Shown piece after piece: positions 51,004 through 62,984 of a DNA stretch of 64,000 nucleotides. Every line of letters starts with the position of its first letter. The stretch's first letter is position 1. The translations under genes were made by a program, and so were the position numbers. The notes under the pieces are model-generated. The model was not told the origin of the DNA. It made no database searches and saw nothing but the letters and a program-made list of their open reading frames with translations. Source of the DNA: Camelus dromedarius (taxonomy: Eukaryota); NCBI RefSeq assembly GCF_036321535.1, contig NC_087437.1, positions 6,758,001 through 6,822,000 of the forward strand. The letters are read 5' to 3'.

Positions 51004-52452
51004 GTCCCCTCACTCCAGGATGGCATATTGGAGTAGGACCAGTTTTAGGTAGGAGACATCCCTTGGTCTGAATACCATCTTGGTCACTTGCTATTTAGAC
51101 TTGTCATGACCGTTTAATAAATGAGCACGTGTAAGATACTTGGTATATACCAAATGAAGTGTTTAGTAAAGCTTAACTGCTTTGCTTTGGCTAAAAATAA
51201 AGGGTTTGTTTCTGCGGCCATATGGATTTATCTTGGGTGCTGTGCACCAGGAAATTTCAAAAAATAAATAGTAGGTAAATTCATTTAATGTGTGAGTCTA
51301 GAGTGGCTACAAAATTCCTAGGTCTTCTTCATCTTCTTAGAAAGCACAAATAGGGCACGTATCTGCCCCAAGAATTCTCCTCAATGCACAGATCCAACTG
51401 AGTAAGTGTTGAGTTTCCAGCTTTTAAGGTAGTCCAGTTTCAAGCAAAAGAAGTCTCTTTCAGAGGTGATATACACCTCCTCTTCCTCTTTCTAGAAAGT
51501 TCGACATTGACAGAAGCCCCTCTCAGGGTTCACCATCCAACTCTCTTGCCTCATGCCTAGATGGTGAGCAGGGGCTCGTAAAACGCGTATCACATCATTA
51601 TACTATGTTTAAACATTTTTGTTTCTCCAGAGAATTTAAAATACACAAACATGTGACTCTGGGGAAGCGATCCAAAAAAAAAAAAAAAGATAAATACAGC
51701 CATAAATGTCAAAGTCCCTAAAACATTTCACTGACTCTATCTTCAGAAGAAAGTGTTTACACAGAGAGCCCGCACCAGCATGTTTTATTATTGTTATTGT
51801 GGGCATTAAATGTTACAAACACAATCTGTCCGACATGCCCATAAAGGACAAGCTCCGCAAACCTTGGGGAATCACCTCGAACTCCGTGGGGCTGACGGAT
51901 CGGCAGGGGCCGCCAGGGCAGGCAGGGCGGCAGGGGCTCCGGGGCAAGCAAGACACTGGGACCATTGCTAGGAGGCCCTGAGGAGTTCCTCTTCGGGTTT
52001 TCTCTCAACCCCATGCTTGCTTTGTAAGTTGAGCTTGTTTCCCGTGTAGAGCGGAAAGCATGATACGGGAAGGGGTTAATCACCACTTGCTTTCTTGTTT
52101 GATGCATTCAGGATAATCAAGATTTCTTCTTGTTTAGTTAAAAAAAAAAAAGATAGGAAAGGAAGACAGAAGGAGGAGAAAAGAGAAGGAAAGGAAGATA
52201 GAAAAGGAGGGAGGAAGGGAGATGCACTGGGAGGGAAGAGAAGGTGGCGCCTTCTGGCGAAGGCTCGCGGGACCTAGGAGGTCTCTTTCCTTCCAGGCTT
52301 TTCTTACTCGTTAGTGAGTCTGCAGTTAAGTGTTGTCTCGTCAGGCTCGTCCTCCCTTTGAAACTCCTTCACGCTCAGCTCCTGCTGCCCTCCTGTTTCG
52401 TAGGATGAGAATCCCCTTCCCTGACCTGCACCTCAATGCCATCCTCTCTAGA

Positions 52453-52720
52453 GCTGTGCTGTGAATAGAAATAGAATGTGAGCCGCACGTGCAGTGTTAC
52501 ATTTTCAAGTCGTCCCATTAAGAAAAGTTAGAAGAAACAGGTGAAATTAATTTGAAGAATATATTTTATTTAAGCCAGTCAATCTAAAATGCGATCATAT
52601 CAATGTGCTATAAATATAAACATGAAATATTTTACCTTTTTTTTTTATACTGACTTTTTGAAATCCAGTGTTTGTTTCACACCTATCACTCATCTCAGTG
52701 AGAACCAGCCACATTTCCAT
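52453..52720 (+). mobile_element. hAT-Charlie MITE (MER33-like); orientation uncertain
   Basis: aatagaaatagaatgtgagcc...aagaaacaggtgaaattaattt...tgaaatccagtgtttg...ccagccacatttc. Confidence 0.8.
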
Positions 52721-53619
52721 TCTGTCCTGTCCTTCTTTCTACTCCCTATTCAGCCATAAAATAATCCTCCCTTAACCTAAACCGGCTTGAGTTGAGCTCT
52801 GCTTCTTGCAACCAAAAGAGCTGAATACATCAGCCAGTAGAGGGTTTGGTCACAGTGTTGTATTTGCTTACTTCTTGTCTGTCAAGGAATTATCTGATGT
52901 GGCACCGGACTATTTTTATTCAGTCGTGTGCCGTTGGAGATGTTTGGGATTATGTGTGCTTTATGTGATGACAAGGTTTAACTTTATTTTCCTGTACCCT
53001 CTTCTATTTATTGGACGTTCCATTATGTTTGCAAAAATACTGGTACAATGCAATTTTTCATCAGGCAATTCAGAGTTCCTCTTAACAATGCCCTTTGAGA
53101 CTATTATGAAAGTTGTTAACATTAAATGCCCCAGCGAGGTGCTATCTCTGATACCGTATAATTTCATTAATTTAAATCCAAGTAAAGATCAAATTTTCCA
53201 ATTCATCTAAGCCATTTATTAGCCTTAGCTTTCTTGGTGATTAACTTTGATGACAATAGCATTTCACACAATGTTCAAACATAAAACTCTGCTTCTTACA
53301 TTACAGTGGGGTTATCTTTTGGTAAACATTTTACTCGGGAGCAGCTTAGAGAATCCACCCATCTACAAGTTAATGGTCCAAGCCTCAGTTTACCTATTAA
53401 TTAAATGGAAGAGTTTCTTGACTGTAAAATGTGCTGAAAACAATACTCTTAATTATACTTCTGAGTGGTGTATGAATGCGATACGACTGATTGTTTTAAA
53501 AATTATTCTAATACAATTGATATTGAAAGAATAAAGACAATTGCTTGGGGGAAAATGAGTCCTTTTTATTTCTGAAATTTATTCTAATGACTTCCTCACC
53601 TCCGACATTGTATGTCCTG

Positions 53620-53790
53620 TAGGGTTGGGGCAGAACCTTGGGTGCACTATTTAAGGCATTCCCCAAAACTCTGTAATCAAGATAAATCATATTTTAATAC
53701 AAAATTAAAAAAGTAGAAATTAATGCCAAAAATTTGTGATGAAAAACCCAGAATTTTAAATAAAGACAGGGTCAGAGACTGCAGTGAGCA
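53620..53790. mobile_element. hAT (Tip100-type) DNA transposon fragment
   Basis: aaaactctgtaatcaagataaatcatattttaat...aaattaatgccaaaaa...ttttaaataaagacagg. Confidence 0.5.
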
Positions 53791-54470
53791 GAAAACACTG
53801 CTCCCAGACTAGTAAGATTTAGTTATCAAACCACATTATTACAGTTTGTATATAATTTCAAAAGTTCACACAGAGAACTCGGTTTTCAGTTCTTAAGCAA
53901 CCACTGGGTTCTATGATCTTGTCTTATGTATTGTTTTTCTCCTTTCAATCTTCACAGGTTGGTGTTCTCCCCAAATATTATATTAGGAAATTCAAATGTG
54001 TTTTGATCTTCAGATCAAAATTAAAGAAGTTCTCTGTTGGTGCTGCATGATTCTAAATAACTGTAAAACCTCCTTTTAGGCAGCATATAAATATCATGGT
54101 TGAGAATAGAAATCTATGAATAGTGCTTGGAGTGGAAGAACGGTGTAGCCAATTTCCCTCCATTGAGGTGACTCTTCACGAGATGAGGAATGACCAAATT
54201 AAACATGAGAAACTGTGAGAAAATTTTCAGTCATGACTTTTTTCCCCGCCGGAATTTTTACTCTTCCGTGCTGTTAGAAATAGAATTCTCAGGAGTTCCG
54301 CACCCACCCACCCCCGCCCCTTTTTCTTTCATGAATCTTGGAAAAATCAATTTGCTCAAGCCCTAAGTTTATCAGTGCCCTCCTCATGCCTTGTGGCTTT
54401 CATCACTATTTTAGATGCTCAGGCCAGATGGGAAGACGGCAGTAGTAAGGATGGGGTCTGAAAACTAAGC

Positions 54471-54610
54471 CAGCACTTCTCAAAAGTTGTAATTCCCTGG
54501 GATATTATTACAATGCATATTCTGAGATGGGGCCTGAAATTCCGCATTTCTAACAAATTCCCAGGTAACGCCAAGGTTGCTGCCTCATGCACCAAACTTG
54601 GTGTAGCAAG
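54471..54610. mobile_element. MER5A-like hAT MITE
   Basis: tctgagatggggcctgaaattccgcatttctaacaaattcccaggtaacgcc...gtagcaagg. Confidence 0.8.
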
Positions 54611-54699
54611 GCTCTATGTGATTTGTGAATTTCTATTGTTGCTTTGAGACTGAGTGTTTAAGGAATTACTCTACTTGGAAAAATAACTTAGGTTGCCTG

Positions 54700-54828
54700 T
54701 CTAGAATTTAAGGTTCTTGAGAGTAGGAATTTTGTCTTGTTTGCTCTTAGAGCCCTAGTGCTTAGAACATTGCAGGGCCTATTAAAGGTGCTTTAATGTT
54801 GTTGGTTGTCGAATGAATTAAAAATGAA
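54700..54828 (+). mobile_element. LINE-2 3' end
   Basis: ttcttgagagtaggaattttgtcttgtttg...ccctagtgcttagaaca...gtcgaatgaat. Confidence 0.7.
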
Positions 54829-54848
54829 ATGTGGGACCAATTTTAGAA

Positions 54849-55376
54849 CAGAGGTTCTTGAGTTTTTTGATGCCATGTTTCCTATCCCTTTGGCAATCTG
54901 GTAAAGACTGTGAACCCTTTCTCAGGTTAATATTTTTAAAGGCATAAAACAAGATCCTTAGAGATTACAAAGGAAACCAGTTATATGAAGTTATAGTTAT
55001 CAAAATATGTAAAGTCAAATGTGTAGTGTAATAATATGTGTGCTTTTAAAAAACAAAATCTAGCAGATCTAATTATTACTATAATTTTGAAAAAGTGATG
55101 AGTATAAACAATGTTTTCAGATATCTGCAACAATTGTCATTTGATAGGAAAACGTGTGTGATTTCTTTTGGTGATAAAGAGACAGGTACTGCTAATAGTA
55201 GTATAGGTTGTCACCTATATTTGTAATTGAAGGATTTGCTCAATTTCAGTTGGAGGTGAGTGAAGGTAATGTTGCAGTTGTTTTCACATTCAAGTTCACA
55301 GACATCCTGCATTTTACCCATGACCCTCTTGGGATCCGTGGACCCCAAGTGTAAGAACCCACAGTTTAAGAACCTG
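54849..55376. mobile_element. hAT-Charlie element (Charlie4a-like)
   Basis: Terminal inverted repeats cagaggttctt... / ...taagaacc; ccctttggcaatctggtaaag...gattacaaaggaaaccagttat. Confidence 0.7.
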
Positions 55377-56146
55377 TTTGTGGACAGTGCGTGGGTTTTA
55401 TTTATCACGCTTTCCCAATTGTTGGCTGAAAATCCTTTCATGAGAAGGAAAAAAAATAGTGCTACTTACGATTATTTTATCGACAAAGTGTCTCATGCTG
55501 AACACATTATTACACATTTTTTTTAACACAATACTTCAACTTGCAGAAATCTGAAATAGCTCTTCTCGGTGATTATTTTCTTTCCTTCCATTCATGTCTG
55601 CAACAATGACAAAAATATAATGGATACCTATATTCACTGAATAAACAACTCACAAATGCAACTTTGCAAAGTGCATTCCCATGAAACAGATCCATAAAGC
55701 TGGTGAGCGCACCAAGACCCCATTAGGAATGTTTGAACTAAATCTTAATTTGTTACTCACGAGCACTTCACATGGCCTTTGAAATGAATTATCTGCTGCC
55801 TTGTTGACAAGGCATGTAACAGACTACACGTTTGAGAGGCAGAACAGGGCTTGCGGGATTGTTTTATTGAACAATTTTGCAGGTGTTACCAATAGAGGTG
55901 GGCTGAGGGGTTTCAATGCAGCAAAGGGAACTCTGAGCCTGGTGTTATTCAGACACCTGTTGGCAAGTTGTGGTTTTTCCTCCATCTTGTTTCCTCTGTA
56001 ATAATTTTGTAGGTCCACCTTTTTGCTCTTCTCCTTCAGAAGTCAGAGAGGGAGGGGAGGGGAGAGAAAGAAGAGAGAAAAAGAAAGATGGAGACTGGCT
56101 AGGATTCAAATCCAGCACCAAGCCAAAGGCAGCCTAACCCCTAGAA

Positions 56147-56229
56147 CAGGGGTCTCAAACTCGGGGCTGGATTTGGGAGCAAATAGGTTTTATTTGGCTC
56201 ATCCACCATTAATAAAAATTGAATTTGAA
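56147..56229. mobile_element. hAT MITE fragment (MER102/MER58-like) split by the L1; resumes at about 56968-57005
   Basis: caggggtctcaaactc...ttttatttggctc...aaaattgaatttgaa|tgctctcgggcagg. Confidence 0.45.
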
Positions 56230-56967
56230 AAAAGGGAACCCTCCTATATTGCTGGTGGGGATGTAATTTGGTGCAGTCACTACGTAAAACAGTATGGAGA
56301 TTTCCTTTAAAAACTAAAAATAGAGTTACCATATGATCTAGCAATCCCACTCCTGGGCATATATCCAGAGAAAAAACTCTTGATTAAAAAAGACACCTGC
56401 ACCCCAATGTTCATAGCAGCACTATTTACAATAGCCAAGACATGGAAGCAACCTAAATGTCCATGGACAGATGATTGGATAAAGAAGTTGTGGTATAGTT
56501 ATACAATGGAATACAACTCAGCCATAAAACAGAATGAAATAATGCCATTTGCAGCAACATGGATGGACCTAGAGATTATTATACTAAGTGAAGTAAGTCA
56601 GACAAAGACAAATATCACATGATATCACTTATACGTGGAATTGAAAATAAAGATACAAATGAACTTATTTACAAAACAGAAGCAGGCTCACAGACATAGA
56701 AAACAAACTTCATGGTTACCAAAGGGGAAAGAGGGGTGGGAGGGATAAACTAGGAGCTTGGGATTAGCAGATACTAACTACTATATATAAAATAGATAAA
56801 CAACAGGGACCTACTGTAGAGCACAGGGACCTATATTCAGTATCTTGTAATAACCTATAATGGAAAAGAATCTGAAAAAGAATATATGTATGTATGTATG
56901 ACTGAATCACTTTGCTGTACACCTGAAACTGTTACAACATGGTGGGTCAACTACACTTCAATTTTTA
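56230..56967 (+). mobile_element. Young LINE-1 3' fragment with TSD
   Basis: Encodes L1 ORF2 C-terminus [25 protein letters not shown]...MPFAATWMDLEIIILSEVSQ (56380-56622); TSD aaaaattgaatttgaa / aaacatcgaatttgaa. Confidence 0.95.
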
Positions 56968-58477
56968 AACATCGAATTTGAATGCTCTCGGGCAGGAGTG
57001 CGCAGGTCAGTGTTTAATAACAAACTCTCTGGGCTTGGGGAGGGGTGGAAGCCCAACTGTGTAGTGTTTGCCACTTTTCAGTGTATAAATGGTTGATTTC
57101 AACCTACCCAGGGTGAGGACACTGATGGGGGATTGGGGAGAGATGTGTGCTATCAGCCCTGGGGGCCCACGAGCTGGCTTCAGCACAGCACTGCCCTTTA
57201 GCAGGTGCACCCTCTTGGGGTCCCACCTCTGCACATGGTCCTCACCCTGCTCACGGTCCCCTTTCTCACTGCTGCGGTGCCAATGGGACCTGGAATTCAG
57301 GACTTCTGCCTGCAGCTTTTCCGGGCTCCTGAAGTCGGTCCCAAAGCCAGAGTGAGGAATGTGCTGGCTATTCAGAGATGCCAACAGTTACTTGCATTCA
57401 TTGTGAGGAAAGCAGGGGGATTTGGCAGCAAACAGCAAGGACTGCACCTGGGCTGCGGTCACTCTAGGAAGCCTGGCTTGGGTGTCACTTGACTGGCCAC
57501 TCCCTGTCTCTTTGTCCATCTGTCAAAAACAGCTGCGAGGTCACAACTAAATGAAAGGTGGAAAATAATTTGAAAAAGTAATGGGCTACACTGAAAAAAA
57601 AAAAAGTAGTACTATGATTTCTTCTCCGGTTCCCCACTCTACTAAATGAGACATTCTGCAAGGATTGGGTACTATTTCTGTCTTTTCACACTTCTTCTCT
57701 TGCTAATTTTCAGTGGGCTTCTGAGATCCGATATAAATGTGCAGGCGATGTGGAAACTGATCGGGAGGCAGAGATTTTATACAAAAAATTACATACATAC
57801 ATTTTCCCACCCATGTTAATGTTGCAACTTTGGGGACGATCCAGTTGCTTAAAAGGAAATAAAGACTTCCAGAACATATTACTTTAAAAAAAAATCATAT
57901 CATGTGTCCCTTGAATCACATTTTAGCCAGAAAACAAAACCTATATTTTTGTGTGGTGATGCATAGAAGAGAAGTTAAAGGGCTTTGTTCAGAGTTCTTA
58001 AACCAGCGGGTCATGAAAACCCTACTGAGTTCTAAACCACTTACCAAAGCACACCCCCAAGGTCCTGTTCCCCCCTGACGTGGCCTTCCCTCCCAGCTGA
58101 TTACAGAGACTGTGTTAGGGAGGGAGGAATGGAGCAGCTGCCTTTCTACACTGTTCCCCCTCCCCTGCCTCCTTCCCACCGGAAGCTCCTGTCAACACCT
58201 TTGTGACATTAACAGAGTTCTCTGTTAAGGAAGTTTGGGGACCCTGGCTTAACTCGATGAGCCTCTCTCACTTCTTTATAGAGTCCTCATTCTCACTCCT
58301 GTGGCCTCTGCTATCAGAGGGACAGGAGGAGTTAAGTAGCAAGATTCAAATATTCATTTAAAGAGCACTTTACTAATACTTGGGAAAAATAAATAGTAAA
58401 CCAGGTTTACATTGTGATAATAAGAATTCTCAAAGCCATCTCCCACCACTTTGTGGTAAGTCCATTATCTCACTGAA

Positions 58478-60057
58478 TTGGCCAGAAAAAATAATTCTAA
58501 AATTTGGCTAGAAAAATAATTCTAAACTTTGAATAGAAACACAAAAGACCGCAAATAGCCAAAACAACCTTGAGAAAGAAGAACAAAGCCGGAGGGGTCA
58601 CGCTCCCTGATTTCAAACTATACTACAAATCTACAGTAATCAAAACAGTATGGTATGAGCATAAAAACAGACACATAGATTAATGGAACAGAAAGAGAGC
58701 TTAGAAATAAAACCATACATATATGGTCAATTGATTTACCACAAAGGAGCTGAGAATATGCAAGTGGGAAAAGGACAGTCTTATCAATGTATTTATAGTG
58801 TTGGGGAGACTGGACAGTCACACGTAAAAGAATGAAACGAGACGGCTATCTTACATGATGCACAAAAGTTAACTCTAAGTGGATCAAAGACTTGAATGTA
58901 AGACCTGAAGCCATAAAACTCCTAGGAAGAAACACAGGGGGTAAGCTCCTTGATGCTGGTCTTGACTTTGAATTTTTGGACAGGGGTCCAAAAACAAAGA
59001 CAACAAAAGCAAAAATAAGTAAGTAAGACTGCATCAAATTAAAAAGCTTCTGCACAGCAAGGGAAACCATCAACAAACTGAAAAGGCAACCTACTGGATG
59101 GGAGAAAATATTTGTGAGTCATGTATCTGATAAGTGGTTAATATCCAAAATATTTACAGAATTCAAACAACTTGAAAGCAAAATAAATAAATAAAATCAA
59201 ACAACCAGATCTAAAAAATGGGCAGAGGATCTAGATAGATACATTTCCAAAGAAGTCATATAGATGGTCAACAGGCACATGAAAAGATGTTCAACATCAT
59301 TAATTATCAGGAAAATGCAAATTCAAATCCCTGTATCACCTCACACCTGTCAGAATTGATACTATCAAAAAGACAAGTGATGGAGAAGATGTGAATAAAA
59401 GAGAATCTTCATATACTGTTGGTGGGAGTGTGAATGGGTGAAGCCACTATGGAAAACAGTATGGGGAGGCTCCTCAAAAAGCTAAAAGTAGAACTACCAT
59501 ATGATTCTACTATTCTACTTCTGTGAATTTATCTGAAGAAAATGAAAACACTAACTCCAAAACATAAAAGCACCCTTATATTAATTGCAGCATTATTTAC
59601 AGTAACCAAGATTTAGAAACAACCTAAGTGTGCATCAATGGATGAGTGGATAAAGATGTGGTATATTTTGGTATAGTACTAGTCAACCATATAAAAGAAG
59701 GAAACCTTGCCATTTACAACAAGGATGGACCTTGAAGGTATTACCCTTAGAGAAATAAATCAGAGAAAGACAAATTCTGTATGATTTCACTTACATGGGG
59801 AACAAACAAACAAATGAAACAAAACAAAACAAAACTCACAGATACGGAGACTAGACTGGTGGTGATCAGAGGAGAAGGGAGGTGCAGGCATGGGCAAAAT
59901 ATGTGAAGGGGGTCAATTATGTGGTGACGGATGTGGACGAGACTTAGTGTGGTGATCTCTTCGTAGTGCATACAAATATTGAATTATTATGTTGTACACC
60001 TGAAACTGATAGAATGTCATATACCAATTCTACCTCAATTTAAGATTAAAGAATAAA
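58478..60057 (+). mobile_element. LINE-1 3' fragment (about 1.6 kb ORF2 end + 3'UTR), older subfamily than the 0.75-kb copies
   Basis: cctgatttcaaactatactacaaa...aaaagcttctgcacagcaagggaaac...gttgtacacctgaaact...tacctcaat. Confidence 0.95.
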
Positions 60058-60224
60058 GCAGTCCAACACAAGCTACTCAAGCTATAGGTCTAACTGTGAA
60101 GCTTGCCCTCCCACCGTGCTCCCCAGCACTGCTGACTCTGAGAACCTTCTAGAGTCTCTGGAGACCGAGGGGCTTGGTGCAGCAACCACACCTCCTTCCT
60201 GAGCGTGGGCAGCACCTCCTCTGT

Positions 60225-60376
60225 GCTTCTCCTTCATTCACTCAGCCACGCTGTCCTGCTCCACTCTTTGATGGACACAGGAGAAAGACCTAGAGTTTCT
60301 GCCCTCGGGGACTTCACACCCTCACCTAGTGAGGGAGCCAAGATGTGAACGAATTCTACAGTGTGTTACAGCATCA
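60225..60376 (-). mobile_element. LINE-2 3' fragment
   Basis: ttcattcactcagcc...tttctgccctcggggacttcaca. Confidence 0.45.
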
Positions 60377-60672
60377 TGTTAAGCGCTGGATTGTGTGCCC
60401 CCCCAATTCATATGCTGAAGTCCTAACCCCCAGCACATCAGAATGTGACTGTATTTGGCGAAAGTGTCTCCGAGGAAGTCATCAAGCTAAAATGGGGTGC
60501 CCTTAGTAGAAGAGATTAGGGCATAGACGTGTACAGAGAAAAGACCATATGAAAACAGAGAGGAGACATCTACCAGCCAAGGAGAGGGGCCTCAGAAGGA
60601 AGCAACCTTCCCGACACCTTGATCTTGGACTCTTAGCCTCTAGAACTGTGAGAATATAAATTTCTGTTGTTT
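60377..60672 (+). mobile_element. MaLR LTR (MLT1B-like) lacking its 3' end
   Basis: aattcatatgctgaagtcctaacccccag...cagaatgtgactgtatttgg...gacaccttgatcttggact...gaactgtgagaatataaatttctgttgttt. Confidence 0.9.
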
Positions 60673-60714
60673 AAAAAAAAAAAAAAAAAAGAGAGAGAGA
60701 GAGAGAAAGAGAAA
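60673..60714 (+). repeat. poly(A) followed by (GA)n
   Basis: A18 then gagagagagagagaga. Confidence 0.9.
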
Positions 60715-61004
60715 ATGCCTGCCCCTTTCTATCTAATTTATTATCTTAAGGAATTTGTGATTTTTCCTCCAAAGGGAGGGAAAAAAGCTCACTCTTCAAG
60801 ATGTTACTTTGTTTACTCCAGTTAATTATTTAAGAGGATTCTTTAAGCCCTCACCACTCAACCTTTACAATTCCACACAGAAACAAAGAAAATTTAGAAG
60901 GCTGAGAATCTTTATGCAAATTGAGATTCTTTTCCTAGCCGAAAAGGGCAGATCACAGCTTCAGCTGGGTGAGGCTTGGACACCAGGTCAGGGTGGTGTC
61001 TGGT

Positions 61005-61340
61005 AGCTGGTAATGAGGGAGATTTTGGCCACCAAATTGGAGCCATTTGTTGAACATGTAAATAAGTGTTAATAACACAGCATTAATTTATTGCTGCTGC
61101 GAATTATTTCTAATACCGCCTTGCTGACTTGTACATGTATAATACATAAACCCATCCATAAAAGTTTAATGCCTTCAGAGTAGTGCGTTCACCCACAACA
61201 CTGCCTGTTGACACATCTTCCCTCTTCTGAACACTGCTTCCTGAAGGAGTCAACACAATGTCAAGGTGGCAGAATTAAGAATGACACCGGAGGAATGGTC
61301 AGAAAATTAACTTTTCAAAACTTGTGGGTCAATCAGACAC
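61005..61340. promoter_or_regulatory. Candidate conserved non-coding element
   Basis: Unique AT-rich block with TGTAAATA, ATTAATTTATTG, CATAAA, CCATAAAA, TGACA and TGTCA motifs; conservation not verified. Confidence 0.4.
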
Positions 61341-62984
61341 TCGGGTAGAAGTCCAGTAAAATGTGTGCTTGTGACGAATATAGCTTTAGTTTATTTTGAA
61401 ACCTGGATCCTGAATTACAAATAGGAGTAGCAGCAGAACCCATCTACATTCCATGGGCAAATTATGCTGAATTCAAAAAGCTATTATGAAGAGGCCTCTG
61501 GAAGCTTTGGCTAAAAACGTTTTGCATCATTTGATAAAGCATAGTCAATCTTCAAGAAAAACTTCAACCCACACCTTCCTTTCAAAATTAACACTTAAAA
61601 AGAAAGAATAGAATAGAGATATAGTGATTTTTTTTTTTTTTTTTAGCAGAATCCGAGTCCTAAAGTTTTGGACACACACTATTTCTCCCTCTCCCTTTGC
61701 CAGAGCGTCCGAGGCAACATCCATCCCTCACCAGGAACTCCAATTTCGGAGTATAAACTCTCCGTTCTTTATCAGAAAGGCAGGGTGCAACAGAAAAGCA
61801 TTTCACATCATTTCTTCTGCACCCTTTGCTGATGGGAAACCAGAGTTTGGATTTATTATTTTTTAAAAAGGCATTTGAACACACATTCTGCTTTTTCCGC
61901 TTCTGTGTGTCTGTTGCCGAAAAAATGCAAGTTGGAGCCAGCCAGCTCCACGAGCTGTCTACCCCCAAACAGTCTCTGAAATTTCTGTTCCTCTCTGGAT
62001 AGTGGATGTTCAGTCATTTCGCAGCACTCAGCTCAGCTCTAATAACAACTCTATTATGGCCCTGTGGCCTTTTTCACAACATTTATTTTCAGGTCTGCCA
62101 TGTGTTGGGCGTCGGTAACAGCCGGGCTGACTGTCACTCTGTGAATCCAAAGGCGTCGGCAGTGAGAGTGGATCTGGACTCCTGCAAAGTGGGATGGAAT
62201 TGGCTGGATTTCATGTGACAAGCTCAGATTATGGTCCTTTGTCCAGAGCAGGCTTGAGATAGAAACAGAAAGGCTTGACATAGGGCCTGCTTCCTAGGAA
62301 CGCAAAGGACCACTTATGGTGATTGTTCAGATTAAAGCTCAACCCTTTTTCCATCCCAAGATCTTTCAGTCAGGACGGCAGTTTGCTTTACGGGGGATTT
62401 TCTTGGGGTCTCTATTCATAAAGGAAGTTACTGCTCAAGTGAAGCTGTTTCCGGCTTACGGCTGAAAGTAACATGTAGATGGCACCTTAGCAGTACAATC
62501 TCCTTTTGGATTAATTATGATCACATTCCTCTAGAATCCAGGTCCAGTATCTCTTCATGGAGATTTCAGAACCACCTGCTTACAAGTAGGTATATATGTT
62601 ACCTCTATCTGTCTGTGATTTAAAAATTAATAGATATCGTCTCTTCTCTCTTGATCTAATAACTATTTGTTTAATCACTGCACTAATGAAGAGCTTTTAT
62701 CATATTGAAAGGACATGTGAAAACTCTCAAAATGTTGGCCTTGGGAAAAAGTAATTACAATTATAATTTATCACTGTTTCTGAATGACTGTTTCAATATT
62801 TGAATAGCCAACAAGGAGAGCAGCCATCTTGAAATATACATGCTATTAGATTGAGACTATTAGAAAAATTGCCAGACGATATACCAACTTGCTGATCACT
62901 GAGAGATAACTGATGTCCAGAAAATAAAGTGAGTTGCATGCTTTAACCTGATAACAAATATTTTGAGTTGGGGAATTCTCCAGG

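Noticed and set aside
56380..56622. 80-aa ORF as a host gene
   Set aside because: It is the LINE-1 ORF2 C-terminus within a 5'-truncated copy.
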